DNA from: Amoebidium appalachense
Taxonomy: Eukaryota > Protista > Ichthyosporea
Assembly: GCA_963693365.1 (NCBI GenBank)
Contig: CAVNZM010000009.1
Coordinates: 4,785,146-4,849,145, forward strand
Direction of reading: 5' to 3'
DNA length: 64,000 nt
Part shown: positions 29,041 through 57,997 of the stretch, in pieces
How positions within the stretch are numbered: the first letter of the stretch is position 1
How the letters are laid out: each line of letters opens with the position of its first letter
Notes under the pieces: generated by a model
What the model was told of the DNA's origin: nothing
The model's input: the letters and a program-made list of their open reading frames with translations, nothing else
The model's database searches: none
Made by a program: the position numbers and the translations under genes

Positions 29041-29488
29041 GGGGGGGGGGGGGGGGGGGGGGGGGGGGATGATACTTTTCCACGTGAATTCCATTTTTCT
29101 TTGTAAAGCAAAATGTCATCTGATCAGTGCAATGGTTGTGTTAGGTGACGCGGGTAAAGATTGAATGATTGGCCAGCGCAATCGTTTCTAAACATTGATA
29201 TGGTGTATGATCATGCATGCCGCAACCTGCGAATCCCGCAGGCCCAAAAAAGGCTAAACAACAATTGTCGGTGAACCAATAGCGTCATGCTAAACCCGTA
29301 AGCCTCCGTTCTAAAGTTGCTCTTGCCACCCATTATTGCCTAGGCTCATACACTCTCCACACACACCAAGTTTCTAACCTCCCCCCTCCCTGCCCCCCCT
29401 CCCCCCCCCCCCCCCCCCCCACACACACACACGTGTACACACACAAATATGGATGAACTAGTTTTGCAAGAAGACCGACAGTGACCCC

Positions 29489-29519
<31 letters not shown>

Positions 29520-30190
29520 AACCGCCCACACATGCTCGGTTTCCAATTCCTAGCTTTGTCTACCCCCACCCCAACCTTAACAATGCACACTTCCTCCCAT
29601 CAAGCACCTTACTAACAGATATATATATGCAGTGGTCTTCTTATCTCATATCCCTCCCTCTTCTCGTTCGCAACTATCCATCCACTTTTCTCTGGCGGTG
29701 CTACACACACACATAGCTACATTCGAAATTCAGGCAACCACAGAAACTGGAATAAACATGGTGTGACATCCCCAAATAAAGTGCAATGATCCCCTCTCCC
29801 TCCCCTCTCCCTCCACTATTAACTTAGCGTGTGTAGGCGGGTGTGTGCGTTCTCCCCCTGGCCTTCACTCACAAGAAACGTGACTTGTGAATTGGGACTT
29901 TCTCGCCTGAGCATGGATAATCGATTGGAGACATTCTTTTGCATTTGATACTTGGCCATAATCATTCAGTCAACATACATTCAAATATATCTAAGAAAAA
30001 TCACCATCGTATCAATATCTAGGATATCTCGAAAATATCACGTCCGATATTAAAATGCACTATTGAATGATCACAAGATAACACAGCAGGGTTCAGAGTG
30101 ATATAGCGATACGAGTTAGAGATTATCCGTACGACTACTCAATATTAGCAATTTTCTGATGTGTAATTGGTGAGGGCGAGTGCGAGAGCT

Positions 30191-30250
<60 letters not shown>

Positions 30251-30276
30251 GTGTGTGTGCGTGTCACTGTATAATT

Positions 30277-30333
<57 letters not shown>

Positions 30334-30800
30334 CTGTGTCTATGTGTGTGTGTGTGTGTCTGTCTGTGTGTGTAGGTGTGTGTATGTGTGTGTCGTGGGT
30401 GTGCGTGTGCGCACATGTGCGTGCATGCATGTTTGCATGTGTGCGTGCTACAACTATGCACTAGCAAATCCGCACATGTGTTGTCGACTGATACGAACAA
30501 AACAGTTCCATCGGGTTACCACCACAAGTACACATTCGATCCTGCATTCGAACACCCAGCCCCCCCCCCCCCCCCCCCCCCCCCCGGTGCACTATTCCTA
30601 CATCTCCACCCTGCATTCAAGACCCCCTCAAGAAGCCCCCCCCTCCCCCCCAAAACCCTTCCTCCGCAAAAAAAAAAAGAGAGAGAGAGAGAGAGAAAAG
30701 AAAAGAAAAGAAAAAAAAGAAAGAAATAGAAATAGAAAAAAAAAACCGACTGCTCTACCGGGGGAAAAAAAAAAAAGAAAAAAACCGTATACCACACTAT

Positions 30801-32572
30801 TCATGATTCTATAGGATTCCCGTCCGCATCGCTGACTTCAAAACGTTGTACGCGCAGGCTTTGCACCAGTTCTGTACGCGAGCCGCACACCACGTTGAGA
30901 TTTTTGCCAATGGCCGTGTACCGTCCCTCCTTCTCAAACACTCTGACGTCGACCGGATAGTTCGTGTGCATCAGCGTCACTCTCCAGTTGACCAGCTTCC
31001 ACTTCAGATGCTGCGGCTTCTCGGGTGCGGGTTTTACCGGGGTTTGTTCGGGGGGCTTTTTCGGGGGGTTTTCCGGGAGATTTCGGGGCAGCTCCGCAAG
31101 GATACTTAGCCCGAACCACCTATCAGTGTCTCTTATATCAACACTCTTGTTATCCTTAACCTTCTTCCTACCCGCATCTGACGCGGAATCAAAAGGCCCT
31201 TTCATCAGCCCCAACACCTCCACGAGCGAATCCCAATCGCCCTCATCTTTCTTCCGATCTCCGCGATCGGACGGAGATCGCAGAGACACCGCGCCTGGGA
31301 CAATGCCCCGTTTCGTGAAATCGTCGATTATCCTCGTCGGGTCTTCATTCTGTCGGAGTGGCCCGTAGTACCGAACATTGTGCGGGTCGGTTCCATACGC
31401 TATAAAACGCTTGCCCGTCAACGCAGAGAAAACAATCCCGGCGGGCCGAGGAGCCCCACCGCCACCGCCATCAGAACTGTGGTCTGTGTAGTTTTGCACA
31501 CCCTCGTTGGCCCACATCACGACCGTTTCCGGGCTCGAGTGTATGAGCGTTTCGTATATATCTTTGTGGTCCAGGTTGTAGTTGAAAGGGTCCATCCCCA
31601 AAACCGCCGAAATGAAAAACCCCCTCGCCGCCAACGTCGCCCGTTCCATCGCTTTGTGTACGACGGGTATCTTGTTGATTCTTACTTCGTACATTGAGGC
31701 GCCGCGGCCGCCTAAGCCAACAACCCTCTTCACCTCGACAATTTCGCTCGTGACGCCCACCTTGGGGCTCTTCTTTCGGAAGTGCGGATACGTGCCGTCC
31801 CTGTACATCTGCACTGCCCTGAAAGTATTTTCGTCTCCCGTTTCCTCCTCCGGCCACACCCAATCCTCCTCTTCGCTCTCCTCTCCCATCCCCTCCCTAT
31901 CAACGACAACACCCCCTGGTTTTTCAATCGCGCTTTTCCTCGCGCTGCCGGCCGCCGCTGCAGCCGCCACAGGCGTTTTCGCTGGCGGCACCGTGACCGC
32001 CACAGGACGAGTAGTGGGTGTGGGTGTGGCGGTGGTGGTGGTGGGAACGGCAGGTGGTGGTGGGTGGTGAGGGGGGGTTTTATCGTGCACGTCACCGATT
32101 CTCTCAGACAAGGTTGACTGCGCATATTCCGATTTCGGTGTTTGCGGTGTTTGAAACCCCGCCGCAACCGTGACCAAGTCAGGGGGTTTCTTGCTTTCCG
32201 CCGCTTTTTCCGACGTCGTTTTCCCGATTATCGTACTTTCCTCCTCTTTTGAAACTTTCCGTAAGGGCTCAATCTCGGGCATCCCAAACTGCCACGCCCA
32301 CGGCTCGGGGGGTTCGAACTGGGCCGAGCCTACAGGGTCAAGAATATCGACGTAATTTGCATAGTGGAAATTCGTCCTGGGAATCGAGTATTCCTTTCCG
32401 GCCCCTACCCACAACTGAAGGGCGTATATGTCGTGCCGTTTTGCAGCCTCCCGGGGAGAAATAAACCGGTCGGGGAGAACGGTTTCAACACTGCCTCGGC
32501 CGTCTGGAGTCGGGTGGGAGACGGTGGCGGTGAAGTGGGAACTGGAGGGATCGCCGGAAACCCCAATGTAGC

Positions 32573-32610
<38 letters not shown>

Positions 32611-32815
32611 TGGGCGGGTGGAGGAGGGTGTGTGTGTGTGTGTGGGCGGGTGGAGGGTGTGTGTGTGTGTGTGTGTGTGGATGGGTGGGTGGAGGAGGGT
32701 GTGTGTGTGTGTGTGTGCGCGCGCGCGGGTGCGTGCATATGCCTGCGTGTGTGTACGTGTGGGTTTGTGGGGGAAGGAGGGAGGGAGGGAGGGAGGGAGG
32801 GAGGGAGGGAGGGAG

Positions 32816-32863
<48 letters not shown>

Positions 32864-33431
32864 AGAATGAGGAACACGGTACGAAACAGAACTACAAGAT
32901 GAGAAGCATAGTGCCGGAAACATACAAAAGCAAATGTGCAAGCAACACCGGCAAGGTGAAGCATGCAACATAAGCAGAGAACACACCCTCAGGGGAGGAG
33001 GGGAAAGGGGAAAAGGGGGGTTGAAAATGCAGAACATGACATGAAGTACCAACTGCACGATGGGGAGGGGGGGGGGGGGGGGGGGGAGGGGGGGAGGGGG
33101 GGGGAGGGGAGGGGGGAGAGGGAAGAGGGGGGAGTCAGCAGCTACATCTAAATATCGACCACTGAGCGTCGTACACGATATCCAACTCAAACAACAGCAC
33201 ATCACCATTTGCATTTGGGTGGACCACCTTCCTTCGTCAGAGGCAAGAAGGGTTGTGTATGTGTGCAAAGCACTGAATGCGTGTGCAGGCAAACTGATGC
33301 AGAATCTATCGGAAAAATCCGAAAAATGGTTTTGCGGTTACAGATGAACGATAGAAAGCAACGTTAACGGCTGCATGGGAGTACAGTGTAGGCTATTTGT
33401 ATGGGGTGCAGTGGGGTGGAGTAGGTAGTGT

Positions 33432-33506
<75 letters not shown>

Positions 33507-34750
33507 CCGCGCGCATGTGATTTTTCATTTTTCTTTCTATTATTAGTTATTTTTTAAAATGATTTATTCTTTTTTTTTTTTTGGGGGGGGGGGGGACGTT
33601 GAACACATGGCATGCGACTGGATGTCAGCTTTAACGTAAAAGATAGACAGAAAGGCAAAACAGGCGACTGACAAACCCAACAGGCGTTCACTAGGAACCC
33701 AGAAGGAAAGGCATGGTGTGTGTGTGTACCCGGGGGAGGGGGAGGGAGGGGAGGGAGGGAGGGAGGGAGGGAGAGAGAGAGAGAGAGGGAGAGAGAGAGG
33801 GAGAGAGAGACGGAGAAGGGGAGAGGAGGAGGAGGAGAGGGGGGGGGGGGGGAGGGGGGAGGGGGTTTTTTTTTGAATGCGGAACACGGTACGAAGTACG
33901 CATACACGAAGTACACATGCCAAGGCAAACATTCACGTATGCAACATCAGTCATGCGCACAGTATGCGTCATAAGCAGAGCCCATCCTCAGGGAGGGCCC
34001 AAGTCATCAATTGCGTCTGAGTTTCGACCCCTTAGCCCGCGTATATACGACTCTCCAACTCAGACAGCAGCATCAACTGAAACTTGGGAGGGTCAACCCG
34101 TCTTGATCAAAGACGAGCAGGGTTGCTTATGCAAGCAAGGTGAGCAAAACGGTGAATATGTGTGTGGAAACTAATGCAGTGCAGCGGAAAATGCGTATGT
34201 GCTTACAGATGCACGACACAGAGCAACCATGCCCGGTTGCATGGAAGTAAAGCGGTCTCCACACAGTGGTCTGTCCTGAAAGGACACCTCTGAAAGAAGA
34301 CTGGGGGGGGGGGGGGGGGGGGGGGGGTGAATGCAGAACACTGTACACAGTACAACTACACAACGAGAAACACGGTGCTGGACACATGCAAAAGCAAAGA
34401 CAAGTGTGCAACATCAGCAACACGCGGCAGTATGCAACATAGGCAAGATATTGGAGAGAGGGATGGATGGATGGGGGGGAGGGAGGGAAGTTGGGGGTAA
34501 TGCATTAGAGGGTGGTTGGAAGTATGGAGGAGGCATCAAAGGACAACATATAGAAAGAAAGGGAAAGAGGTGGAAGGGGGGAGATAGAGGGGAAGAGCCG
34601 GGGGGGGGGGGGGGGGGGTTTGAAAGTGGAACACGGTACGAAGTACGCATACACGATGAGAAGCATGGTGCAGGACACATGCAAAGGCAAGCATTCAAGT
34701 ATGCAATATCTGCAATGCGCACAGTATGCGTCATAAGCAGAGCCCATCCT

Positions 34751-34844
<94 letters not shown>

Positions 34845-35201
34845 AGGCAGGCATACGGGAAAGGGGGCCCTGGGTGGGGAACGAGAGGGGGGGGGGGGGG
34901 GGAGGTGAGAGAACGACACTAGGAGAAGCAGCGAGAAAAAGAGATAGAGAGACCGGGGGGGGGGGGGGGGGAGAGATGAGGGGACAGAGACAGGAGACAG
35001 GGGAGGGCGGGGGGGGGGGAGGGGGGGGGGGGGGGGGGGGGGGGGGACCGAACACGTTACAAAGTACATAGACACGACGAGAAGCAAGGTGCAGGACACA
35101 AGCAAAGGCAAACATTCAAGTATGCAAGATCAGAAATGCGCACAGTATGCGTCATAAGCAGAGCTCATCCTCAGGGAGGGCGAGGGGGGGGGGGGGGGGG
35201 G

Positions 35202-35283
<82 letters not shown>

Positions 35284-35887
35284 CGGAGAAAAGCTTGTAC
35301 TTACGTTAGTGTAGGTCGCTTTGAAGCACTTTTGGAAATCTGGCCGGTTTGGTCCCAAACATGAAAATCCGACGGCAATGGAAAGTTAAGTAGCTGTAAC
35401 TTTCCGGTTATCAAGCTATCGCTCTCTTTTCTGAGTTCATAATCAAACGCCAGCGCTGCATGCATGGGGGAAACGAACTCCTTTCGAGCTTTTCTGTTCT
35501 TCATCACTGTATACATTCCATTTCTACAGAGCATCCCTGACTCCACATCCTCACGAAAAACTCCGTTGTATGGGTGCTGGAACTTGGCCAGTACCCACGA
35601 CCTCACCTCATCCCACTCGCTTTCACTAAGTTCGTCGTAGCTAAGGAGCCCCCTTTCACGATAGGGTCCTGCGCATCAGTTGGCGTATAAGGCCGACATC
35701 GCGCGCTGCTTTTAGAGCAATGTCATAAGCTAGAAGGCAATGCAGTTTGCTTGGCGACCATAAAAGGGTAACCCCGTCTAAATCCGAGCGAAAACCAAGC
35801 AATTTATAATTCTTGCTACGAACCCCTATGTGCTGGCGTGTGGGGAGAAGCAGTGTTGCATCTCGCACTATCAAGGACTCCTTCAAT
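30801..35887 (-). CDS. Multi-AP2/ERF-domain DNA-binding protein; exons 35887-35305 and 32571-30801; 5' exons unresolved; frameshift near 35650-35680
   Basis: Three AP2-like units: QHIGVR...LLAYDIAL...LLSY (about 35835-35638), PYNGVF...[16 protein letters not shown]...GKLQLLNFP (35574-35379) and YIGVS...HFTATV...[17 protein letters not shown]...RTNFHYANY (32570-32352). Phase-2 donor AC|GTAAGT at 35304 matches phase-2 acceptor CAG|C at 32572, giving ...KRPTLT-YIGVS. Stop at 30803-30801. Confidence 0.78.
32865..35182 (+). repeat. Repeat family A: about 5 head-to-tail degenerate copies inside the AP2 gene intron
   Basis: GGAACACGGTACGAA...ATGCGCACAGTATGCGTCATAAGCAGAGCCCATCCTC at about 32870, 33880, 34335 (partial), 34628 and 35050. 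The extension 34020-34250 is homologous to 33155-33385. Confidence 0.9.
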
Positions 35888-36298
35888 CTGGAGGGTAGTG
35901 GGAGGGTGACTGGGGATAGTGGCGAACTGCAAAAACGCCTACAACATAAAGAAAGAAACGTGAGGCTATCTTGCTTGCCGGCAACATGTGTGGGTAAAGG
36001 GCACTTCAGAAAAAGAGAGAGAGGCAGGTGACGCGTCACGCCTGCGCTGCGTAGGCTCGGCGTGGGCAAGAGAAAGGTCATGTTGAGGCATGGCGGTGCC
36101 CGTATGCATAGCACTAGGTGGGTGCAAGGGGAGGAAAGAAACCCCGCAACTATCCTATAGCTATTGTAGAGAGAGGGAGTAAACGTGGAAAAAAAAAAAA
36201 AAGAAAAAAAAAAAAAAACGAAACTCAGGTTGTGGCCTGAAGATGCACCTCCGTGTGCCAGCTGCAGCCAAGACGCGCATGGCCTTGGAACAGGTAGA

Positions 36299-36508
36299 TG
36301 TGAAGTATTCGAATTCATGATTCACATTTTATAGTTTCGAAAGTAGATCAATATGAAAAGTGCATGGTTTGATCCTCGCTGGTAGTACCACCAGAGAAAT
36401 GTGTGTGAAGTATTCGAATTCATGATTCACATTTTATAGTTTCGAAAGTAGATCAATATGAAAAGTGCATGGTTTGATCCTCGCTGGTAGTACCACCAGA
36501 GAAATGTG
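36299..36508. repeat. Perfect tandem duplication, 2 x 105 bp
   Basis: 36299-36403 is identical to 36404-36508 (TGTGAAGTATTCGAATTC...CCAGAGAAATGTG). Confidence 0.95.
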
Positions 36509-38932
36509 AGAAACGCTAACCTTCAAACGAGGACGTTTGCGACATCATGATCAGCATTCAGTGATGATCATCATGTCTGTCTCTGGGCCCCCGGGGCTCC
36601 AACGGTTGAGATGGCAGTGGTGATTCAAGAAGGGAAAGGTAAAGAGGCAAGAAAGGAGAGTCTCCTTAAAAAACTAATCACTAATCAAGGAAACGTAGGT
36701 TGTATATATATACCGTACGTGTAGTTCCAGAAAAAAGGCCGACTTAACTGAGGAGCCTCGGAGCCCATATCCGGATAAAATTGCATGTGCATGCATATAC
36801 AGGACGAACTGAAATGTTAGAGGAGAGTATTGAGCAGCGCGCGAAAGCGCAACGGGGAGGGAAAAGAGGGAGGGAGGGGGGAGAAGAAGCGACCGGGGAA
36901 AGAGAGAAACAAGGCAGTGGATACGTTTGAAAGCTGGAGAGGAAGGGGGGAGAGATGGAAGGTAAGGGGCCAGGGAAGGGAGAGGGACGAGAGAGAGAGA
37001 GAGAAAGTCCGAGAGACATAGGGAGCAAACATTTTGCGACCTATACTCAAAGGCCAACGTCGAAGACGAAAACTATAGAAAAAGCTTGCGACGAATAGGC
37101 TAGTATGTGAGAGCATGGATCCAGGTGGCTTTTTGAAAGGACCCGAAAAGAAACATGAGCTGGAATGTACAGAGATATCTTTGTTGCAAGAGGCTCTGCT
37201 GGTTCCCTAGGATGTGCTTGGACGTCGACCTTCGTGTGGAAAGGGGGGAAGGGGGGTGCAAGGGGGGGGCTGAGGGGAGGAGGGGAGGAAGGGGGAGGGG
37301 GAGGGGAGGGGGCTAAGGCCTGGGGAAAGGAGATTGCGGGAGGGGGGGGAATAGAGGGTTCAAAAGTTCTGGAAAACTCCGTACAGAGAAGGTGGGCATC
37401 TCTAAGTCTTGCCCGAGCCAAACTTTGTCCCTGAAGCGATTCAATATCCAGTTTGAGGGCTTATTAACTCACTGACGCAAGAAAATCACCCTTTGATCAC
37501 CGGCGGCATCATGGTGTAATTTTTTCCTCAAACGTTTATGAAACTTGATCATAAACACTACATGTACCTGCACACATGCACATACGCTCTGTTGAGCTAA
37601 CCAGTGATAACGTATTTGCAGAAATACCCCGCACACACGCACACACGCAAGTACACACACGCACAAACGCACAGTGAGACACAACCAAGGAAATACACCT
37701 ACCCACACCCACCCACACCCAAACACGCACGCGCATACGCACACGCACACGCACACACCGTGACACACGAAGAGGAAAGTGAGCGGAATTCAAAGAGCAG
37801 GACGTGCACATGGCCCATGTAAGCCAATTGACAGAAGTCCAGGCAGAAAGGAACAAAAAGTCTTGTATTAGTGCGTGTTTTTCCTTTTGATTTTTCTTCC
37901 CTGGCTCGACTGGCACGCCCTTAATATACCATTTAACCCCCGTACGATCAAACAAAACGCAGTAAGCCATACATGCACACGAGGGACTGTTCTCCCACCA
38001 TATCCCAAAATGAAGACCGTGTAAACCAACCAATACTGAACTCAGTATTCGGTTTTCCTTGAAAAGAAGCCTTGCTACCATTTGCCTGCCATGTTTTCTG
38101 TGTTGTGCCCAGGAGAGTGAGCAGCGACAGCGCCTGATACGTGTGTGATCAACTCGCCTTGATTGGATACGAATCATTTACTGTTTGACCATCCAATTGC
38201 TTTTGAAGAGGTGTGTAAAATCTACTTATGGCTCTCAGCCGCTCTCCCCCTACCCACGGATTACCGATTTCTCTGAGGCAAAATCCTGTACTGTTCTTTA
38301 CTGAGGAAAAAAGGCCAGGAAATTTAGCTGGCATAACAAAACCAATTTATACATATGTCACAATGCCTCTTTTTATATGTCTAGCAGAACGCTATGCTAA
38401 GCTACATGTGCCCTTTTTTTGTGAGGCTCGTGGAACCACCCTTCTGTGATCCGCATGAGAAATCAAAATACTTTGCAAGCCTCCACACAGTACCATTTTA
38501 GTTAACAATGTACCAACGATTGGCTACTGAACCAAATAGGCGGCAAAATCTTGTATTTTTGTTGGTGTTCTGCAAGCCAATCATATCCAGGCGCTTACGC
38601 GCCGCTTTTTTGCAGCCGTTTTTCTTTGATGTTCGAAGTTTTCATCTAGAGTGCGTTGTGTGTGCACTTCACCACCTTGTCTCTTTAGCACTACATCCCC
38701 TCCCTCTGCGTATGCAGAAATAAAGCACTAAGAGTTTCGTTTATTCTACCCAACCATCAAATATGCCATGCAACATTTCTCATTTTTGCTAACCTCAGAG
38801 TGAAGTAGTCAGAAACGGATAGAGCCCGAGAACCGGGCAAGATTCACTACATAGTTTGGTCGATTTGGCTTTTTGGGAATAGTGCGCGCAAGTGTACTTT
38901 GCACCAGAAGTGGTGCGTGAAAGTTTGTGATC

Positions 38933-53149
<14,217 letters not shown>

Positions 53150-53528
53150 ACACATAAATGCATCCCGAAATTTCCGCAATTTCTTCGCCTAAACTGAACG
53201 CGGATTTGCGTCTTATTATTTTAAACATTTATGCACTGCTGAATAATTTTGATTAATTTTTATCTCCTGGTACAAAACTCGATTTGGTATGGGTGCCTCT
53301 TTTGTCGCGCCTTTTTTGCGCAAACCTCCTACGGTACCAAAAACTTAAATATCCTGCGGTTGCGAATTTTCGCGCTCCATCGCATTCTAATCGCCTGTAT
53401 TTGAAAATGCCCCGACACGTGTACCAACGTAAGAGAATTCAGCTCTTTTGGGTTAGTTATCGAGATATATTTGGATGGTTGAGGGTTAGATAATGTTTGT
53501 GTGTGTGCTTTTTTTTTTTTGTTTGTTT

Positions 53529-53605
<77 letters not shown>

Positions 53606-53687
53606 GTATGTGTGTGAGCGATGTGTGTGTGCATGTGTATATGTTTCACACTGTGCTTGCATGCGTGTGCGTGTTCGTGTGTGTGCG

Positions 53688-53729
<42 letters not shown>

Positions 53730-55429
53730 TGTTTTTACAGCGAGACAGACTGGGGTGTGGGTAGGGAGTTATATCAATAGTGATAAACTCGGTATTGATA
53801 TATTACGGTGCTATTTCAATGTTATCATCAGGACATGCCGGCACCATGTCCTTTAACATGGAAAGATTCCCTGCCGCATAGCTTTGTGCCTATGTAAAAT
53901 CAACCAATAAATAATGCCATTTGCACCGGCGTGACATCCACCTGGATCATTGGTACTTTACACCCATACATCAGTATTGGTGACCTGCAAAGGAAAAGGT
54001 CTTTATTCACCTCGTAAAGATAGAGAGGGGGGGGGGGGGGGGAAGAGAAGAACACTGCATTGTGCTGAGCTCTCACCTGGGCCTGACTAATTAGGCTTCC
54101 CTCCCTGTCTTTGTTCTCGCTTCGACTGCGCGACTATCCCCCCCTTATCCCCCCCTCCCCCCCTTCCCCCTTCCGGGGATCCCCCTCTCCCCACGCACAC
54201 GGCACTTTCCGGTGGGTGGGAGTGACGGGAATCTCGAGCACCCCTTCAAGTTTCACAAAAGGACCCCCCTTCAAGATTAGAAAAAACGGTAGCTTGATTT
54301 ACCGCTGTTCTGCTGCAGCTCAGTGCTATGGTGCTTTGAGATCTTGAATTCAAATTTCAACCCCCTCCCCCCCCCCCCCCCCCCCCCCCCCCACCCACCC
54401 TCCTCCCCCCCCCCCCCCCCCCCCCCCTCTCCCCGACAAGCCCCAACCTCAACTACATACAGGTGCACGTGTGTAGAACATGAGTACCAGTACACATACT
54501 CACATCCACATACACACGCGCACATCTACACGCACATACATGCACATACACACTTACGTGACTTACGTATACACACGTGTACACACACACACATGCGCAT
54601 ATGTACACATGCATGCACACACGCACAGAGCTATGTCATGCATATATAGTACATGTACACAGATACACGTGCACATACTCGCGCACATATGCATGTACAC
54701 ACACACACACACGGGGTTAAAGTGGCCATGGTGCTCCACGTGTCATGTGCAGGGATCCCATGCTATGTACATTACCGATGATACACCATCTTATGAATAG
54801 TATCTACTAGGCCTGCACAATATTCCTACTCTTTTTGTTGTTTTATTATTCTTTAATTTTTGATAGTATCACCGGGAGGCTGCAAATATTATTCCTGCTT
54901 TTTTAGTTGTTCTTTAGAAGCTTTCTTTTTAAGTTTATTGAGAGTCTCGGCCGCCAGGGGACTGCGAATCTTATTGTATCTTAAAGAATTGCCGCTGCAA
55001 CTATATAGAATATGTACACATCGAAGGAAAACACTGTTACATTGTAATGTACCCAGCTTAATCCGAGGAGGTGGGGGACTCGATCGACGTGAGGTATTAA
55101 AGTTTCTACCTAGGCCTCGGGCTCGTCCCCCCCCCCCCCCCCCCCTCCCCCCCCCTCCCTCTATCTCCCCCACCGCCGGGTATACACCCTCGAGAGATCT
55201 CGCCCTCTCCCCTCTTCCTCCCCATCTCCCCCCCCCCTCCCCAACCCTAAACCATCCCACCCAACCCTTCCCCTCCCCCCCTTCCCCCCCCTCTTCCCCC
55301 CCTTCCCCCCCCCCCCCCCATCCACCCGGCCGCCCATCCACCCACCTACCCCCCACTCCCCCCCCTCCACCCGGCATGTCGTTCTGGAGCCCACACGTGC
55401 ATTGTGTGCATCGCGGATTGGCTGTTGCA

Positions 55430-56470
55430 ACACGCACACACACGCACACACACGCACACACATGCACACACACGCACACACACGCACACACACGCACACA
55501 CACTACACCCGCACACACCCGCACACACGCACGCATGCGCGCGCACACGCGCGCACACACGCACGCACACGCGCGCACACGCGCGCACACGCGCACACAC
55601 ACGCACACACACACGCACACACACAACGCGCGCACACACACACGCACACACACAGGCGCGCGCACGCACACACACACACACAGATGCACACAGATGCACA
55701 CACATGCACACACATGCACACACATGCACACACATGCACACACATGCACACACATGCACACACATGCACACACATGCACACACATGCACAAACATGCACA
55801 CACATGCACACACATGCACACACATAATCATGTGTATTCACATGTCATGCACACACATGCACACATGCACACACATGCACACATGCACACACATGCACAC
55901 ATGCACACACGTGCACACACGTGCACACACACACACACACACATGCACACACACACACACACGCACACACACACACACACGCACACACGCACACGCGCGC
56001 ACGCGCGCACGCACGCGCACACATACGCGCGCACGCGCACACATGCGCGCGCGCGCGCACACATACGCGCACGCACACGCGCATACATACGCGCACACGC
56101 GCACACACACGCGCACACACGCACACACACGCACACACGCACACACACGCACACACGCGCACACGCGCACACACGCGCACACACGCACACACGCACACAC
56201 ACGCACACACGCGCACACACGCACACACACGCGCACACACGCACACACACGCACACACACGCACACACACGCACACACACGCACACACATGCACACACGC
56301 ACACACGCACACACACGCACAAACACGCACACACGCACACACACGCACACACACGCACACACACGCACACACACGCACACACACACACGCACACACATGC
56401 ACACACATGCACACACATGCACACACATGCACACACATACACACACATGCACACACACGCACACATGCAG
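55430..56470. repeat. About 1-kb compound (CA)/(CGCA)/(CACACATGCA)n satellite
   Basis: Nearly uninterrupted purine-pyrimidine alternation, with a decamer array at about 55680-55825. Confidence 0.95.
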
Positions 56471-56817
56471 ATACAGTGTTATTGGTGACATACGCACGAA
56501 AGCACACACGTGCAAAAGCACACAACTACTGGTGTATGTACAGTCTGAAGTTCGAAGTGTTTATTATTTGAAATATGGATACCAAGCAGTTTAATTCGTT
56601 AAAAATGCTTGTTAAAAAAACTGCATGCGCCCAACCTAACCACAAAATAGTTTAAGGGGTGGTGGAATGTGCTGTTTTTTATCGACATGTGGCACCACGA
56701 ATGTGAGCTGTGATGAGGTGCCGGCCAGAACTCCAACCAGTGCTTGCATTAAACAAGCTAATTACATTAATATCAGTGACCACAACCATACAACATTATA
56801 CGTATGTAGTTAAGATA

Positions 56818-56904
<87 letters not shown>

Positions 56905-57200
56905 CGGTGTTTAAATTGTACCGTAGTTTGTATAAACGTATTAGGGCCTCAAAAGTTAAACTCAGTCAGTAGCCCAGAGACTCTTATACATTTTCACCCG
57001 GCATGCCTACAAATGCAATGCGGCCTTGGATTCGTGGAAACTCGATGGGTTAAGCCACAAAATCAAGATTCTGGTATAGTCAGGAAGTATCAAAATGTTT
57101 GATTTTTATATGTGGGGGCCGGCAAGAGAGGGACGGGAAGGGGCGGAGGGGAGGGTATTCGTAACCGGGGAGGGAGAGAGAGGGGAGGAGGGGGGGGAAG

Positions 57201-57361
<161 letters not shown>

Positions 57362-57476
57362 AGAGAGAGAGAGGGAGAGGGAGAGAGAGGGAGAGAGACT
57401 GAAATCAGGAAAGGGTCGAGGGGGTGGGGTTGATGGGGGGGAGGGGGTTGAGGGGGGAAGGGGGGGGGGGGGGGGG

Positions 57477-57513
<37 letters not shown>

Positions 57514-57659
57514 CGAGAGAGAGAGAGGGGGGGGGGGGGGGGGGAGAGAGAGAGAGAGAGAGATCCGAGGGGGGGGGGGGGGGAGAGAGAGAGAGAGAGA
57601 GAGAGAGAGTGAGAGTGAGAGAGTGAGTGAGAGAGAGAGGGGGGGGGGGGGGGGGGGGG

Positions 57660-57719
<60 letters not shown>

Positions 57720-57965
57720 TAAGTCCCCCCCCCCCCCCGGGGGGAAGGGGAGGGGGGAAGCGTTGATGTCTATATTATATAATCCTTTTAAGATGTAGCC
57801 AACATTTTCAGATGATACTTTGCTAACCCAAGCTTCATTTTTACGTTTTGGGATTGATAGACTAAGCAAATTTTGAGGAAGGTGGCAATACTATGACAAC
57901 GATATTCGTGATTCACAAAAAAGTTAATGTCGACGTCATGTCTGCTGGATGCCGGCGTGGTTGGT

Positions 57966-57997
<32 letters not shown>

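Noticed and set aside
35301-36318. Possible retrotransposon ORF fragment
   Set aside because: No RT, endonuclease or integrase motifs; better explained as AP2 exons spliced in phase to 32571.
36350-36392. tRNA gene
   Set aside because: T-loop-like motif and ACCA only; no acceptor, D or anticodon stems can be formed.
36480-38200. Candidate upstream exons of the AP2 gene (e.g. RKRPRLK|GTTAGC near 36520, DKVWLG near 37420)
   Set aside because: Several short GT-AG-bounded options exist but no unique phase-consistent chain can be supported without transcripts.
54808-54825. TAGGCCTGCACAATAT, resembling a hAT terminus
   Set aside because: No matching inverted end or TSD found nearby.
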